Below the pieces are notes generated by a model. It had not been told where the DNA came from. It was given only the letters and a program-made list of their open reading frames with translations, and did not search any database. DNA of 24,784 nt from Chitinophagaceae bacterium (GTDB taxonomy: Bacteria; Bacteroidota; Bacteroidia; Chitinophagales; Chitinophagaceae), in NCBI GenBank assembly GCA_016786785.1, contig JAEUVR010000056.1, positions 1 through 24,784 of the forward strand, in the 5' to 3' direction. This document shows positions 8,498-17,332 of this stretch, one piece after another. A program made the position numbers and the translations under genes. The number at the start of each line of letters is the position of its first letter. Positions within the stretch are counted from its first letter, which is position 1.

Positions 8498-8571
8498 AAC
8501 GTGATAGTTCAGTTGGTAGAACACAACATCGTGGATGTTGAAACAAAGAAGTCCATCGCTTCTCTAAAAAC
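8498..8571 (+). tRNA. tRNA-His-like element without a pairing acceptor stem (probable pseudogene)
   Basis: The D-arm gttc-AGTTGGTA-gaac is canonical. The anticodon arm is caaca-tcgtgga-tgttg (GTG at positions 34-36, but C33 and G37 are atypical). The T-stem agaag/cttct encloses a non-canonical loop tccatcg. The flanking strands aacgtga and ctaaaaa cannot pair. Confidence 0.35.
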
Positions 8572-8826
8572 GATGATATGCAAACAAAGCCGGAATGTTT
8601 GCCTGGGCATAACCGGGCGACTCCAGTTATGCTGCAATCGGATACATATCAGCAGTTGATTTGGCCAGTACGTTCGCCGGACCGCTTTTGATCAGTATGA
8701 TTATTATAACAGATAATAATCTGATGTGATAAACCGGTTCAGGTAAGCGCTCAGAAAGAATGAACTCCATATCTATCGGATGGCAAACAAACCGGCTTTT
8801 TATGAATCACCTTAAAACAAACAATA

Positions 8827-9924
8827 ATGAAACATGCAAAAGTAAACGCCTACCAGGTTGGTTTGGCGTTTAAAGACGGGGTTTTCAAAAAAATGCTCCC
8901 CGAAGGAAGCTACTGGTTCTGGGGTAAGGAAGAAGTACAGATCTATGATATCACTAAGGCATTCAATGCTCCTATAGAATTGAACATTCTGTTGCAGGAT
9001 CCCTTACTAGCGTCCGCGCTGGAGGTAGTGGAAGTAAAAGACAATGAAATTGCGCTGCAATACAAGAATGGTCTATTGGCAGAGGTATTGACTCCCGGCA
9101 GGTATGCTTACTGGAAAGGCCCCGTCCGTTACGAGTTTATAAAAGACGAAATCAGCAAAGTGGAGATCACTGAGGCTATAGACAGGTCCGCTCTGTCCAA
9201 CAAGCTGGTAGCTCCTTATGTACGCACTGTGAGCGTGGAAAGTTATGAAAGGGCTGTCTTGTTCATGGATGGAAAGTATATCCAGGTATTAGAAAGCGGC
9301 GTATATTCCTGGTGGAAGAACAGCGTCTCTATTTACATAGGTAAAGCGGATATGCGTCAGCAACAATTGGAGATCAATGGCCAGGAGATACTCACTAAAG
9401 ATAAAGCGGCGCTGCGTATCAACGCCTGGGCTCAATACAGGGTAACTGACATTGAAAAAGCGTTGTTGCAAAACAAGGAATACGAACGCCAGTTATATAT
9501 CAGCTTCCAGTTGGCATTGAGAGAATATGTGGCCGGTTTTGGTTTTGATGAATTATTGGATAAGAAAGAAACCATAGCTCCTTATATTCTGCAATATGTT
9601 CAGCAAAACACGGCGGCCTTGGGCGTACAGGTACAAGGTTTCGGTATCCGGGATATTATCTTACCCGGCGATGTAAAAGAGATCATGAACCAGGTATTGG
9701 TAGCTGAGAAAAAGGCGCAGGCCAATGCCATCATGCGCAGGGAAGAAACTGCCAGCGCCCGTAGTTTGCTAAACACTGCCAGGCTGATGGAAGAAAACGC
9801 GATGCTCTGGAAACTGAAGGAAATGGAATATGTGGAAAAGATCGCCGACAAGATCAGCGGCATCAGCGTAAGCGGCAACGGTAAGCTGATAGAGCAGTTG
9901 AAGGATATATTCGCGCCTAAATGA
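8827..9924 (+). CDS. soluble SPFH/band-7 (slipin-like) domain protein with a repeat-containing N-terminal region
   Basis: 365 aa. The C-terminal two-thirds (LTKDKAALRINAWAQYRVTDIEKAL...IRDIILPGDVKEIMNQVLVAEKKAQANAIMRREETASARS) has typical SPFH core and coiled-coil features. The N-terminal 170 aa show three ~36-aa repeats (x-A-L-x3-G-x5-L-x-PG-x-Y-x2-WK-x2-V-x2-Y) and no transmembrane helix. Confidence 0.8.
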   Translation: MKHAKVNAYQVGLAFKDGVFKKMLPEGSYWFWGKEEVQIYDITKAFNAPIELNILLQDPLLASALEVVEVKDNEIALQYKNGLLAEVLTPGRYAYWKGPVRYEFIKDEISKVEITEAIDRSALSNKLVAPYVRTVSVESYERAVLFMDGKYIQVLESGVYSWWKNSVSIYIGKADMRQQQLEINGQEILTKDKAALRINAWAQYRVTDIEKALLQNKEYERQLYISFQLALREYVAGFGFDELLDKKETIAPYILQYVQQNTAALGVQVQGFGIRDIILPGDVKEIMNQVLVAEKKAQANAIMRREETASARSLLNTARLMEENAMLWKLKEMEYVEKIADKISGISVSGNGKLIEQLKDIFAPK

Positions 9925-9929
9925 TGACA

Positions 9930-9970
9930 TACTCAGGACTGGCGCCGCCGGTCCTGAGTATTAATTAAAA
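9930..9970. terminator. hairpin between convergent genes (weak bidirectional terminator)
   Basis: tactcaggac-(11-nt loop)-gtcctgagta is a perfect 10-bp inverted repeat, followed by ttaattaaaa. It sits between the SPFH stop and the MFS transporter stop. Confidence 0.6.
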
Positions 9971-9999
9971 CAATGAAATATGAGAATATTTGCTACGCA

Positions 10000-11316
10000 T
10001 CAGGAGATGCCTAATTCTTTCTGAATGGTCTCCAGCGACCGGCCCTTTGTTTCCGGCAGCCATTTCCAGACAAAAAACAATTGCAGCGCCATCATGACGC
10101 TGTAAAATAAAAAAGAATACATGCCGCCGTCGGCGCTTCCTTCTACGATCATCGGGAAGGTCCAGGAAATAACAGCAGCCATGATCCAATGGGTAAAGCT
10201 GCCCAGGGAACCGCCTTTTGACCGAACAGAGTTCGGAAATATTTCCGATAAGAACACCCATATCACCGCTCCCTGCGAAAAAGCGAAGAACCCTATAAAC
10301 CCGATAAGGTAAACGATCACCAGCCGGTTGCCCGAAACATCTGCGCTGAACGCATGGGCTGTCAATCCCAAAAAGACGATCATTCCTACCGATCCGATCA
10401 ACAACAGGGTTTTGCGGCCCAGCTTATCTATGACCGACATGGCAAGCATAGTAAAAATAAGGTTGGCCAGGCCGATAAACACCGGCTGCAAATAAGCGTT
10501 CTCCCGGTCGAATCCAGCCATTTCAAAGATCCTCGGCGCATAATACAGAATAGCATTTATTCCCGTCAACTGGTTAAATATTGCCAGCATGATAGCATAA
10601 AAAATGGGCTTGGAATATTTTTCCTGAAACAATCTTTCGGTATGCTGGGATACGGATTCCCTGATCTCCCCGATAACCCTTGTTACATCGGTTTCGCCTA
10701 ACCGCTGCAAAACCGGTATGGCTTCTTTCTCCCGGTCCTTAAGGATAAGCCAACGGGGACTTTCGGGTATCGTGCGCAGCAGGATCCAGAACAGCAGGGC
10801 TGGCACGGCCATAACGCCAAGCATCCATCTCCAGGAATCTTCCCCGATATTCAGGAATAAAAAATTACTCAGAAAGGCGATAAAAACGCCGATTACGATA
10901 TTAAGCTGAAACGAACCGGCGAGCCTGCCCCGCAGATGGGGAGGAGCAATTTCCGAAATATACATCGGCCCCACTACGGAGGATGCGCCTACTGCAAGCC
11001 CGCCGATAAACCGGAAAAGCACAAAAAAGAACCATACAGAAACAGTAGCGCATCCCAATGCGGAAAGCAGGTATAAGATCGCAATAAATATCAACGTTTT
11101 CTTGCGCCCATACCGTTGCGCAGGGGGGCCGGCAAAAAAGGAGCCGATCACCGTGCCGATCAGGCTGGACGCTACGGTAAAGCCCTGCCATCCCGGACTT
11201 AAAGACCATAACTGTTGAATGGTCTTTTCGGCGCCCGAGATAACCGCCGTTTCGAACCCGAATAAAAAGCCTCCCAGCGCGGCAATAAGCGCAATACGAA
11301 CAGGATATGACAGCAT
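10000..11316 (-). CDS. MFS transporter, sugar-porter family
   Basis: 438 aa with 12 predicted hydrophobic segments. It carries the GRK/RK motif (RYGRKKTLIF), the PESPRWL signature and the PETKGRSLE C-terminal motif typical of sugar porters. Confidence 0.85.
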   Translation of the reverse strand: MLSYPVRIALIAALGGFLFGFETAVISGAEKTIQQLWSLSPGWQGFTVASSLIGTVIGSFFAGPPAQRYGRKKTLIFIAILYLLSALGCATVSVWFFFVLFRFIGGLAVGASSVVGPMYISEIAPPHLRGRLAGSFQLNIVIGVFIAFLSNFLFLNIGEDSWRWMLGVMAVPALLFWILLRTIPESPRWLILKDREKEAIPVLQRLGETDVTRVIGEIRESVSQHTERLFQEKYSKPIFYAIMLAIFNQLTGINAILYYAPRIFEMAGFDRENAYLQPVFIGLANLIFTMLAMSVIDKLGRKTLLLIGSVGMIVFLGLTAHAFSADVSGNRLVIVYLIGFIGFFAFSQGAVIWVFLSEIFPNSVRSKGGSLGSFTHWIMAAVISWTFPMIVEGSADGGMYSFLFYSVMMALQLFFVWKWLPETKGRSLETIQKELGIS

Positions 11317-11470
11317 GTTAGATATGTTTATTGCTTAAATTTATTTGTTAGTTCCCGTTAAATGAAATTTATTCCGCAAGGGCAATGGCTCGCTCAACCT
11401 GGGCATGCCGGACCGGTATAAAAACGTAAACCGATACATCGTACATTCGCAATCTATTAAACAGTTGAAT

Positions 11471-12544
11471 ATGAAATTCAGAAATTTTAAAATGGTCGAT
11501 TATGTGATCTATGGAAGGGGCTGCTTTAACCAGCTTGGCGAGATCATTGACCCGCGCCGTAAGCAAGGAGCGCCGATGATCTTCCTGGTAGACCATTTTT
11601 TTGAAGGCAAACCGCTCGCCGATCGATTACCGCTGCAAGGAAATGACAAGACGATCTTTGTAGATGTTACCTATGAACCCAAGACCAGCTATGTCGATAA
11701 AATTGCCAACCAATTAAAAGAGGAATTCGGATCGGTAAGCGGCATCATCGGCATCGGCGGCGGATCTGCTATGGACCTCGCAAAAGCCATAAGCCTGATG
11801 ATGACCAACCCGGGATCGTCGGCCGACTACCAGGGATGGGACCTCGTAAAAGTTCCCGGCGTTTATAAAGTAGGCATCCCTACGCTTAGCGGCACCGGCG
11901 CCGAGGTATCCCGGACAACAGTACTTACCGGCCCTACAAGAAAACTCGGCATGAACTCCGATTTCACACCTTTCGACCAGATCGTCCTGGACCCGGAATT
12001 AACCGCCGGCGCGCCGGTCAACCAACGTTTCTATACCGGCATGGATTGCTATATTCATTGCATTGAAAGCCTGCAGGGAACCTATCTGAATGAATTCAGC
12101 AAATCGTATGGAGAAAAAGCGCTGGAGCTTTGCCAGAAAGTGTTTGTGCACAAGGACGGCTGGGATGAGGAAAACGACGACCTGCTCATGATGGCTTCCT
12201 ATGCCGGGGGCATGAGCATTGCCTACTCGCAGGTAGGCGTCGCGCATGCCGTCAGCTACGGACTCTCTTACCTGTTGGGAACAAAACACGGCATCGGCAA
12301 CTGCATCGTTTTTGATAAACTGGAGGAATACTACCCCGAAGGCGTAAAGGAATTCAAATACATGGTGGAAAAAAACAAGGTAGACATTCCGCAAGGCCTT
12401 ACGAAAGGATTATCCGATGCAGATTTTGGTACGATGATCAATGTATCGCTGGGAATGAAACCCCTGTGGGAAAATGCACTCGGGAAAGATTGGGAGAAAA
12501 TAATGACCAGGGAGAAACTAAGAGCTTTATACGAAAAACTATAG
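11471..12544 (+). CDS. iron-containing (group III) alcohol dehydrogenase family oxidoreductase
   Basis: Likely start MKFRNFKMVDYVIYG at 11471 (the ORF-track start at 11405 adds 22 non-conserved residues). IIGIGGGSAMDLAKAIS is the Fe-ADH NAD-binding GGGSxxD motif. Metal-binding-type histidines are downstream. Confidence 0.8.
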   Translation: MKFRNFKMVDYVIYGRGCFNQLGEIIDPRRKQGAPMIFLVDHFFEGKPLADRLPLQGNDKTIFVDVTYEPKTSYVDKIANQLKEEFGSVSGIIGIGGGSAMDLAKAISLMMTNPGSSADYQGWDLVKVPGVYKVGIPTLSGTGAEVSRTTVLTGPTRKLGMNSDFTPFDQIVLDPELTAGAPVNQRFYTGMDCYIHCIESLQGTYLNEFSKSYGEKALELCQKVFVHKDGWDEENDDLLMMASYAGGMSIAYSQVGVAHAVSYGLSYLLGTKHGIGNCIVFDKLEEYYPEGVKEFKYMVEKNKVDIPQGLTKGLSDADFGTMINVSLGMKPLWENALGKDWEKIMTREKLRALYEKL

Positions 12545-12573
12545 GCCGCCGGAATATTTCTCAACGCGTATAT

Positions 12574-13677
12574 ATGGAACTGAGACCCGACAAATATTTA
12601 AAATACCTTGGGCTACCCGCCCTGTTCGGCGTCGAAAGAACCAAAAAGATCCTGTCGGTAAACCCCACTATTCCGCCTCAACGGGAAGAGGCGGGCGAGG
12701 TTAAGATCATGGCCTACGATTACAATGCCGTCGAACTAAAAGAATATTATTTCGATCGCATCGAGGATTGCTTTTACCTTAAAGAAAGCAATAATACCAC
12801 CTGGATAAATATCGACGGCCTTCGAAAAGCCGATGTGGAAGCGATAAGCGCCCATTACGAAATCCATAACCTGGTCGTAGAAGATATCCTCAGTATTAAT
12901 CAACGTCCTAAAATGGACGAGATCAATACGATCCTTTTCTGCCTGCTGAACACATTGTATTACAACGATGAGAAAAAAACAGTAGAACAGGAACAGGTCA
13001 GCATCGTATTGGGTAATGGTTTTGTTATCTCCTTCCAGGAGGATGCGCAAAGAGATGTTTTCAATCCCCTGCGCGGAAGGTTAAAACTCAATAACGTCAA
13101 ATTACGCCAGAACGGGGCGGATTATCTCTGTTACAGTTTGCTGGACCTGATCGTTGATAATTACTTTATCGTCATGGAAGGCCTGGGTGAAAATATTGAG
13201 CAGCTGGAGGAAGAAGTGATCAGGCATAGCAACAAGCGCTCTCTTGCAAAAATAAACCAGCTCCGTAAAGAGCTTATCGTATTAAAAAGGAATATGACGC
13301 CGGTGCGCGATCTGATAAACGGGATCCTGCGCAGCGAGAGCGAACTACTACAGGATCGCAACACAAAATATTTTAAAGATATCTACGATCATATCGTTCA
13401 GGCAAATGAGCTTACCGAAAACTACCGCGATATTTTAATGAATATCCAGGACCTCTATATCAGCAACCTAAACCTGAAAATGAACGAGGTGATGAAAGTG
13501 ATGGCCATCGTGACCTGCCTGCTTGCCCCTCCAACTGTTATCGTCGGTATATTCGGGATGAACTTCAATAATATCCCGTTGGCGCATACCGCTTCCGGTT
13601 TTTATCTTACCGTCTTTATCACCCTGATGATCCCTGCAGTAATGTTATGGATCTTTAAACGCCGCGGTTGGTTCTAA
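12574..13677 (+). CDS. corA: magnesium/cobalt transporter CorA
   Basis: The C-terminus has two TM helices with the GMNF signature (GIFGMNFNNIP) and the acidic N-terminal domain. Alternative starts are MELRPDK at 12574 and MAYDYNAV at 12709. The ORF-track start at 12466 overlaps the upstream gene and is unlikely. Confidence 0.8.
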   Translation: MELRPDKYLKYLGLPALFGVERTKKILSVNPTIPPQREEAGEVKIMAYDYNAVELKEYYFDRIEDCFYLKESNNTTWINIDGLRKADVEAISAHYEIHNLVVEDILSINQRPKMDEINTILFCLLNTLYYNDEKKTVEQEQVSIVLGNGFVISFQEDAQRDVFNPLRGRLKLNNVKLRQNGADYLCYSLLDLIVDNYFIVMEGLGENIEQLEEEVIRHSNKRSLAKINQLRKELIVLKRNMTPVRDLINGILRSESELLQDRNTKYFKDIYDHIVQANELTENYRDILMNIQDLYISNLNLKMNEVMKVMAIVTCLLAPPTVIVGIFGMNFNNIPLAHTASGFYLTVFITLMIPAVMLWIFKRRGWF

Positions 13678-13798
13678 GGTTCAACGGCCATTGTATGGTC
13701 CAAACGAATATTTATCCCTGAAAGCGGGTATTTCTTCCGAATCCAAAGAAGAGAAAGCTTACTGAAAGAAAGAAGAGAAAGTTTGTTTTCGGGAAACC

Positions 13799-14305
13799 CT
13801 ATTTCTTTTTATAAATGGGCACTGTGCTGCAGGGTTCTCCATACATAATGCTTTTGGCTACGGGCCTTAACTTCTTAGTGATCTCCAGGTAAGCAAAGGG
13901 TTCTATTTCCTGATCGCCGCAGCCCTTCACTACCACTCTTTTGTCTTCAAACAAGCCGGCGTCTATACCGTCTATGTTTTTTAAAAACAATTGCTTTTCC
14001 GCTTCTTTCCGGTCGCCGTAGATGATTTCCCCGGCCAGCGGCTGCAGGTAGGACCCAACAAGCATATAGGCCCACATCGGTATTACTGCATCCGCCGAGC
14101 AGGTTACCGCTACGGTAGCGCCCTGGTAAACCGACCAGTCTAATTCCTGCAGGGAAGCGCGAAAATCTTTTTCCTTCAATATCAGCTCCATAAAAAGATG
14201 CGGCTTCAGATCAAATACCGCGATCTCTTTCCTGGGAAAATATTCTTCCAGGTCTAATTGTACCAGCGGGCTGGCAGCCACTTTATTAATGATCTCTTCG
14301 CTCAT
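13799..14305 (-). CDS. conserved Bacteroidetes hypothetical protein (DUF2480-like)
   Basis: 168 aa beginning MSEEIINKVAASPLVQLDLEEYFP, which I recall as the DUF2480 N-terminus. The family number is uncertain. Confidence 0.5.
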   Translation of the reverse strand: MSEEIINKVAASPLVQLDLEEYFPRKEIAVFDLKPHLFMELILKEKDFRASLQELDWSVYQGATVAVTCSADAVIPMWAYMLVGSYLQPLAGEIIYGDRKEAEKQLFLKNIDGIDAGLFEDKRVVVKGCGDQEIEPFAYLEITKKLRPVAKSIMYGEPCSTVPIYKKK

Positions 14306-14724
14306 AATACATAATGCTATAATTATTAACGTCGAAATGAAGCGCTACAGGAGCTATCAACTGCTATTGATACAATTATCCGTTTAGCGCCTATATAACC
14401 GATACCCCGACGGCATAATAAAGCAAAGTTAGCAGATATTAACGGAGTAAAAAGTTAAGACCGGACTTAAAAACCGGCATAAAGCAGACCCCGATCCCAG
14501 AATTGGCCCATTGTTTTATCTCCCTGCGGGGCCAGGCCTCTCGCCGCTACCGAAGCCTATAAAGGGGTCAGTATAAAGCGGCTTGGGGGGAATTAGCGAT
14601 CGGCCGTTTATTCCGCTCGTACAAAAGAAAGTTGGCGGCGAGGGATAAGGCAACCGTGGAACCTGCAAAAAAAGGCTGCGATTTGGCTTTCGCCCGACAT
14701 AATATAATTGGGCAAACTGAACCA

Positions 14725-14765
14725 GCAAAAAAGGCCGTTCTGATTGCACAGAACAGCCTTTTATC
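14725..14765 (-). terminator. rho-independent terminator of the ppiD-like gene
   Basis: On the minus strand: ggctgttctg-tgcaat-cagaacggcc forms a 10-bp stem with one G·U pair, followed by tttttttt. It lies 16 bp downstream of the stop at 14781. Confidence 0.7.
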
Positions 14766-14780
14766 GGAAAGTTTTGAAGA

Positions 14781-16919
14781 CTAAAAGAATTTATAGCGAT
14801 TATCCTTGATGGTCACTGTTTTTTTAAGGATCTCGGTGATGAGCATGGGATTGGAAAAAGCCCTCATCTTGTTTTGTTTTAATACCAGCTGCTGCTGCCC
14901 GATATCGGCAAGATTAGCATTGGGAACCTCGGTGATCCCTTCCGTTTTGATCACATATACGCCCAGGTTTCCTGTTATCGGCGGAGAGATCTTATTTTGA
15001 AAATCCTTATTGAATGCAGCGCCTATCACCTTATACTCCTGTCCTACATTGGGTATAAAAAAGGAGCTGAACATAATGCTGTCTTCTTTTGCCACTGTTT
15101 GTCCGGTTGCCTGGGCAACGGCTTCAAGCGTAGCGGCCGACCCGATCTTGGCGGCGATCTGTTTTGCTTTTTCCTGGTTCAGCAGGATGCTCTCCACCAA
15201 AGGACGGGCTTTTTGAGGAGACATTACGCCTTCTTCAAAAATCTGGGTAACTACGGGCACTACGAACTTGTCTTCGACCTGGAAGGGAATATCGGCCACC
15301 GCGCCCGGTTTTGCATCATAGGCCCATTTTACCAATTCACGGCTGCTGCCCAATCCCATGATCATTGCATCGAGCGGTTTAATTTCGGAAGCAACGATCT
15401 TATTGTAATTGTGCTTGCGGACATTTTCGTCAAATTGTTTTTTGTCCCTGCTTTCCCCTGCAAATTGTGAAGCAAGGCCCATTTCCCGGTTAATGGTTTC
15501 ATCGCTGGGCAATATAGGCTTGGAAAAAATCGCTATTTTATAGGCAGGCTCAAATTTTTTCTGCTGCAACACTTCTATATAATGATACCCGGTATAAGCA
15601 GGATTCTCGACCCTGACTGTTTTTTTATCGCCGGCCTTACCATAAAAAGCTGTTTCTGCAAATTCCTTGCTGATGGAAGGCATCTGGCGGGAAGAAAACT
15701 CATACACTCCGCCGGTGTTTTTGCTGCCTGCATCGTCGGAGACTTTAACCACCAACGAATCAAAATTCGCTCCTCTGCGAATAGCGTCGACTACGCTGTC
15801 GATTCGTTTTTTAGCGGCGGCGTCATCAAGAGAGATCCCTGATTGATCAGCGGATTTAACAAGTATATGCCTTACTTTAACGCTATCGGGAATAACCCTT
15901 TTTTCCAGCATCTTCGCCATCACATAACTGCCATTTTCCTGGTAAGGCCCCAGAACCTGTCCGGCTGCAAGGGCAATGATCGAATCTGCTTTCTCGCTTC
16001 TAATATCGCTTTTCATTTCAAACGCATCGGTAAAGTTGCTTTCCGAACCATTCCGCACCAAAAAAGCATGGTCGTCGTCAGTCTTGATAAACTCTTCTTT
16101 TAATGCAACCGTCTGGGCCAGGACAGCGGCGCTATCTTCCGAAGTGGGGCTTGCATCAAACATGACATATTCAATATTCCTTGACGCATCCTGTTTGTAT
16201 TCATTCTTATGCAGGTTTACATATTCTGCTATGGTCTGGTCTGTAACTTTTACCGCCGAATCGCTAACGGTAGAATAGGGCGTCATTACATAAGCAATAG
16301 ACGCTTTCTTTGTATTGTCGGCATTGGCTTTTTCTACCATCCATTTAGGAATATACAGGCTATGAGACAACAGCGAAAGGTATTTTTCCTTTTGGCGGCT
16401 TTTTCTTAACGCCGGCAGGTATTGATTGAAAAAGCTCTCATACATGGGAGTGTTCTTCTGTTTTCTTAGCGCCTGGATCTGCTGATAAGCGGCGTTCACA
16501 TCATATTGACCGGTATTGGGATCGGTAAACTGCTGCCGGAGATCCTGGGGGGGATTGTCTCCATATAATATATCGCTCAGCTCTGCATCCGAAACCGATA
16601 TGCCCAGGTCCTGGTATTTATCCTGCATTATTGCATCATCCACATATTCATTCCACAGCGATTCCCTGATGTTCTGCCTCATCATATCATTCAACGGATA
16701 ACCCGCCTGACGGTATTGATCTTCCGCGCGTTTATATCTTTCTTCAAATTGTACGGCCTCTATCTTTTTTCCATTCACGGTTCCCATGGTAGTGGTCTGT
16801 CCACCGAATAAGTTCGAGCTATGAAAAGAGTCCTGAACAATAAAAGCAATCAGGGCTAGGGCAATCGCTCCGGTAATGATCCAGGCTGCTCTATCTCGAA
16901 TAGTTTGAATAATTGACAT
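14781..16919 (-). CDS. periplasmic chaperone / peptidyl-prolyl isomerase (SurA N-domain plus PPIase, PpiD-like)
   Basis: 712 aa. It has an N-terminal membrane anchor (MSIIQTIRDRAAWIITGAIALALIAFIV), a SurA-N-like region and a parvulin-like segment. The size and architecture match Bacteroidetes PpiD-type isomerases. Confidence 0.8.
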   Translation of the reverse strand: MSIIQTIRDRAAWIITGAIALALIAFIVQDSFHSSNLFGGQTTTMGTVNGKKIEAVQFEERYKRAEDQYRQAGYPLNDMMRQNIRESLWNEYVDDAIMQDKYQDLGISVSDAELSDILYGDNPPQDLRQQFTDPNTGQYDVNAAYQQIQALRKQKNTPMYESFFNQYLPALRKSRQKEKYLSLLSHSLYIPKWMVEKANADNTKKASIAYVMTPYSTVSDSAVKVTDQTIAEYVNLHKNEYKQDASRNIEYVMFDASPTSEDSAAVLAQTVALKEEFIKTDDDHAFLVRNGSESNFTDAFEMKSDIRSEKADSIIALAAGQVLGPYQENGSYVMAKMLEKRVIPDSVKVRHILVKSADQSGISLDDAAAKKRIDSVVDAIRRGANFDSLVVKVSDDAGSKNTGGVYEFSSRQMPSISKEFAETAFYGKAGDKKTVRVENPAYTGYHYIEVLQQKKFEPAYKIAIFSKPILPSDETINREMGLASQFAGESRDKKQFDENVRKHNYNKIVASEIKPLDAMIMGLGSSRELVKWAYDAKPGAVADIPFQVEDKFVVPVVTQIFEEGVMSPQKARPLVESILLNQEKAKQIAAKIGSAATLEAVAQATGQTVAKEDSIMFSSFFIPNVGQEYKVIGAAFNKDFQNKISPPITGNLGVYVIKTEGITEVPNANLADIGQQQLVLKQNKMRAFSNPMLITEILKKTVTIKDNRYKFF

Positions 16920-17332
16920 AGTGTATTAATATTACGTACTTTATCCTGTGCGCGAAAACAACAGGGCCCGCCGGGATGTTTTATTTTTGGCGGAGGGCAA
17001 AAATAGGCTAAAAATGGTTATTAACAAATTGTGTAAAACCAGGAAAAACAGCTTCGGCGCTCATTTTTATATAACTTAAGCAGGTAGCTGACGAATTTTT
17101 TGTCCGGAAAAGGAACTATTGTGGAACGGCTGTGGAAACAACATTCACAAATGGAGGTTGAAAAACCAAAAAACCTGTGAACAAACCGGCATTATCAACC
17201 CGCGTTTTGGTGGAGAGATGGATGATAAAAAGACAGCTATAAGGCGCCGGCGGAAACCTTGTCTAAAACACATGATTTTTCCCGGCTCCGTTAACATCAA
17301 TTTTTAACAAAAAATGCAACTATTTATACCCG

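Noticed and set aside
8230-8500. tmRNA (ssrA), standard or permuted two-piece, suggested by the T-arm at 8404-8425 and hairpins at 8259-8277 and 8362-8378
   Set aside because: There is no GGGG...TTCGAC-type 5' tRNA-like end, no tag reading frame ending in AA-stop in either orientation, and no encoded CCA. A standard-length tmRNA ending at 8432 would have to start inside the well-supported ykuK CDS. The 5' strand after the A/B junction carries a genuine tRNA D-arm, not the tmRNA D-loop analogue.
14516-14749. 77-aa minus-strand ORF
   Set aside because: It is Pro/Gly-rich low-complexity sequence that overlaps the ppiD terminator hairpin and has no homology signal.
14806-16701. Multiple 60-157-aa plus-strand ORFs (14806-15000, 14997-15470, 15582-15842, 15843-16103, 15976-16278, 16209-16409, 16516-16701)
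   Set aside because: All are antisense to the long ppiD-like gene. None has recognisable motifs.
17119-17307. 62-aa ORF in the nadA upstream region
   Set aside because: It is arginine-rich, has no conserved motifs and lies in an AT-rich promoter region. It is more likely a chance ORF, though a coding role is not strictly excluded.
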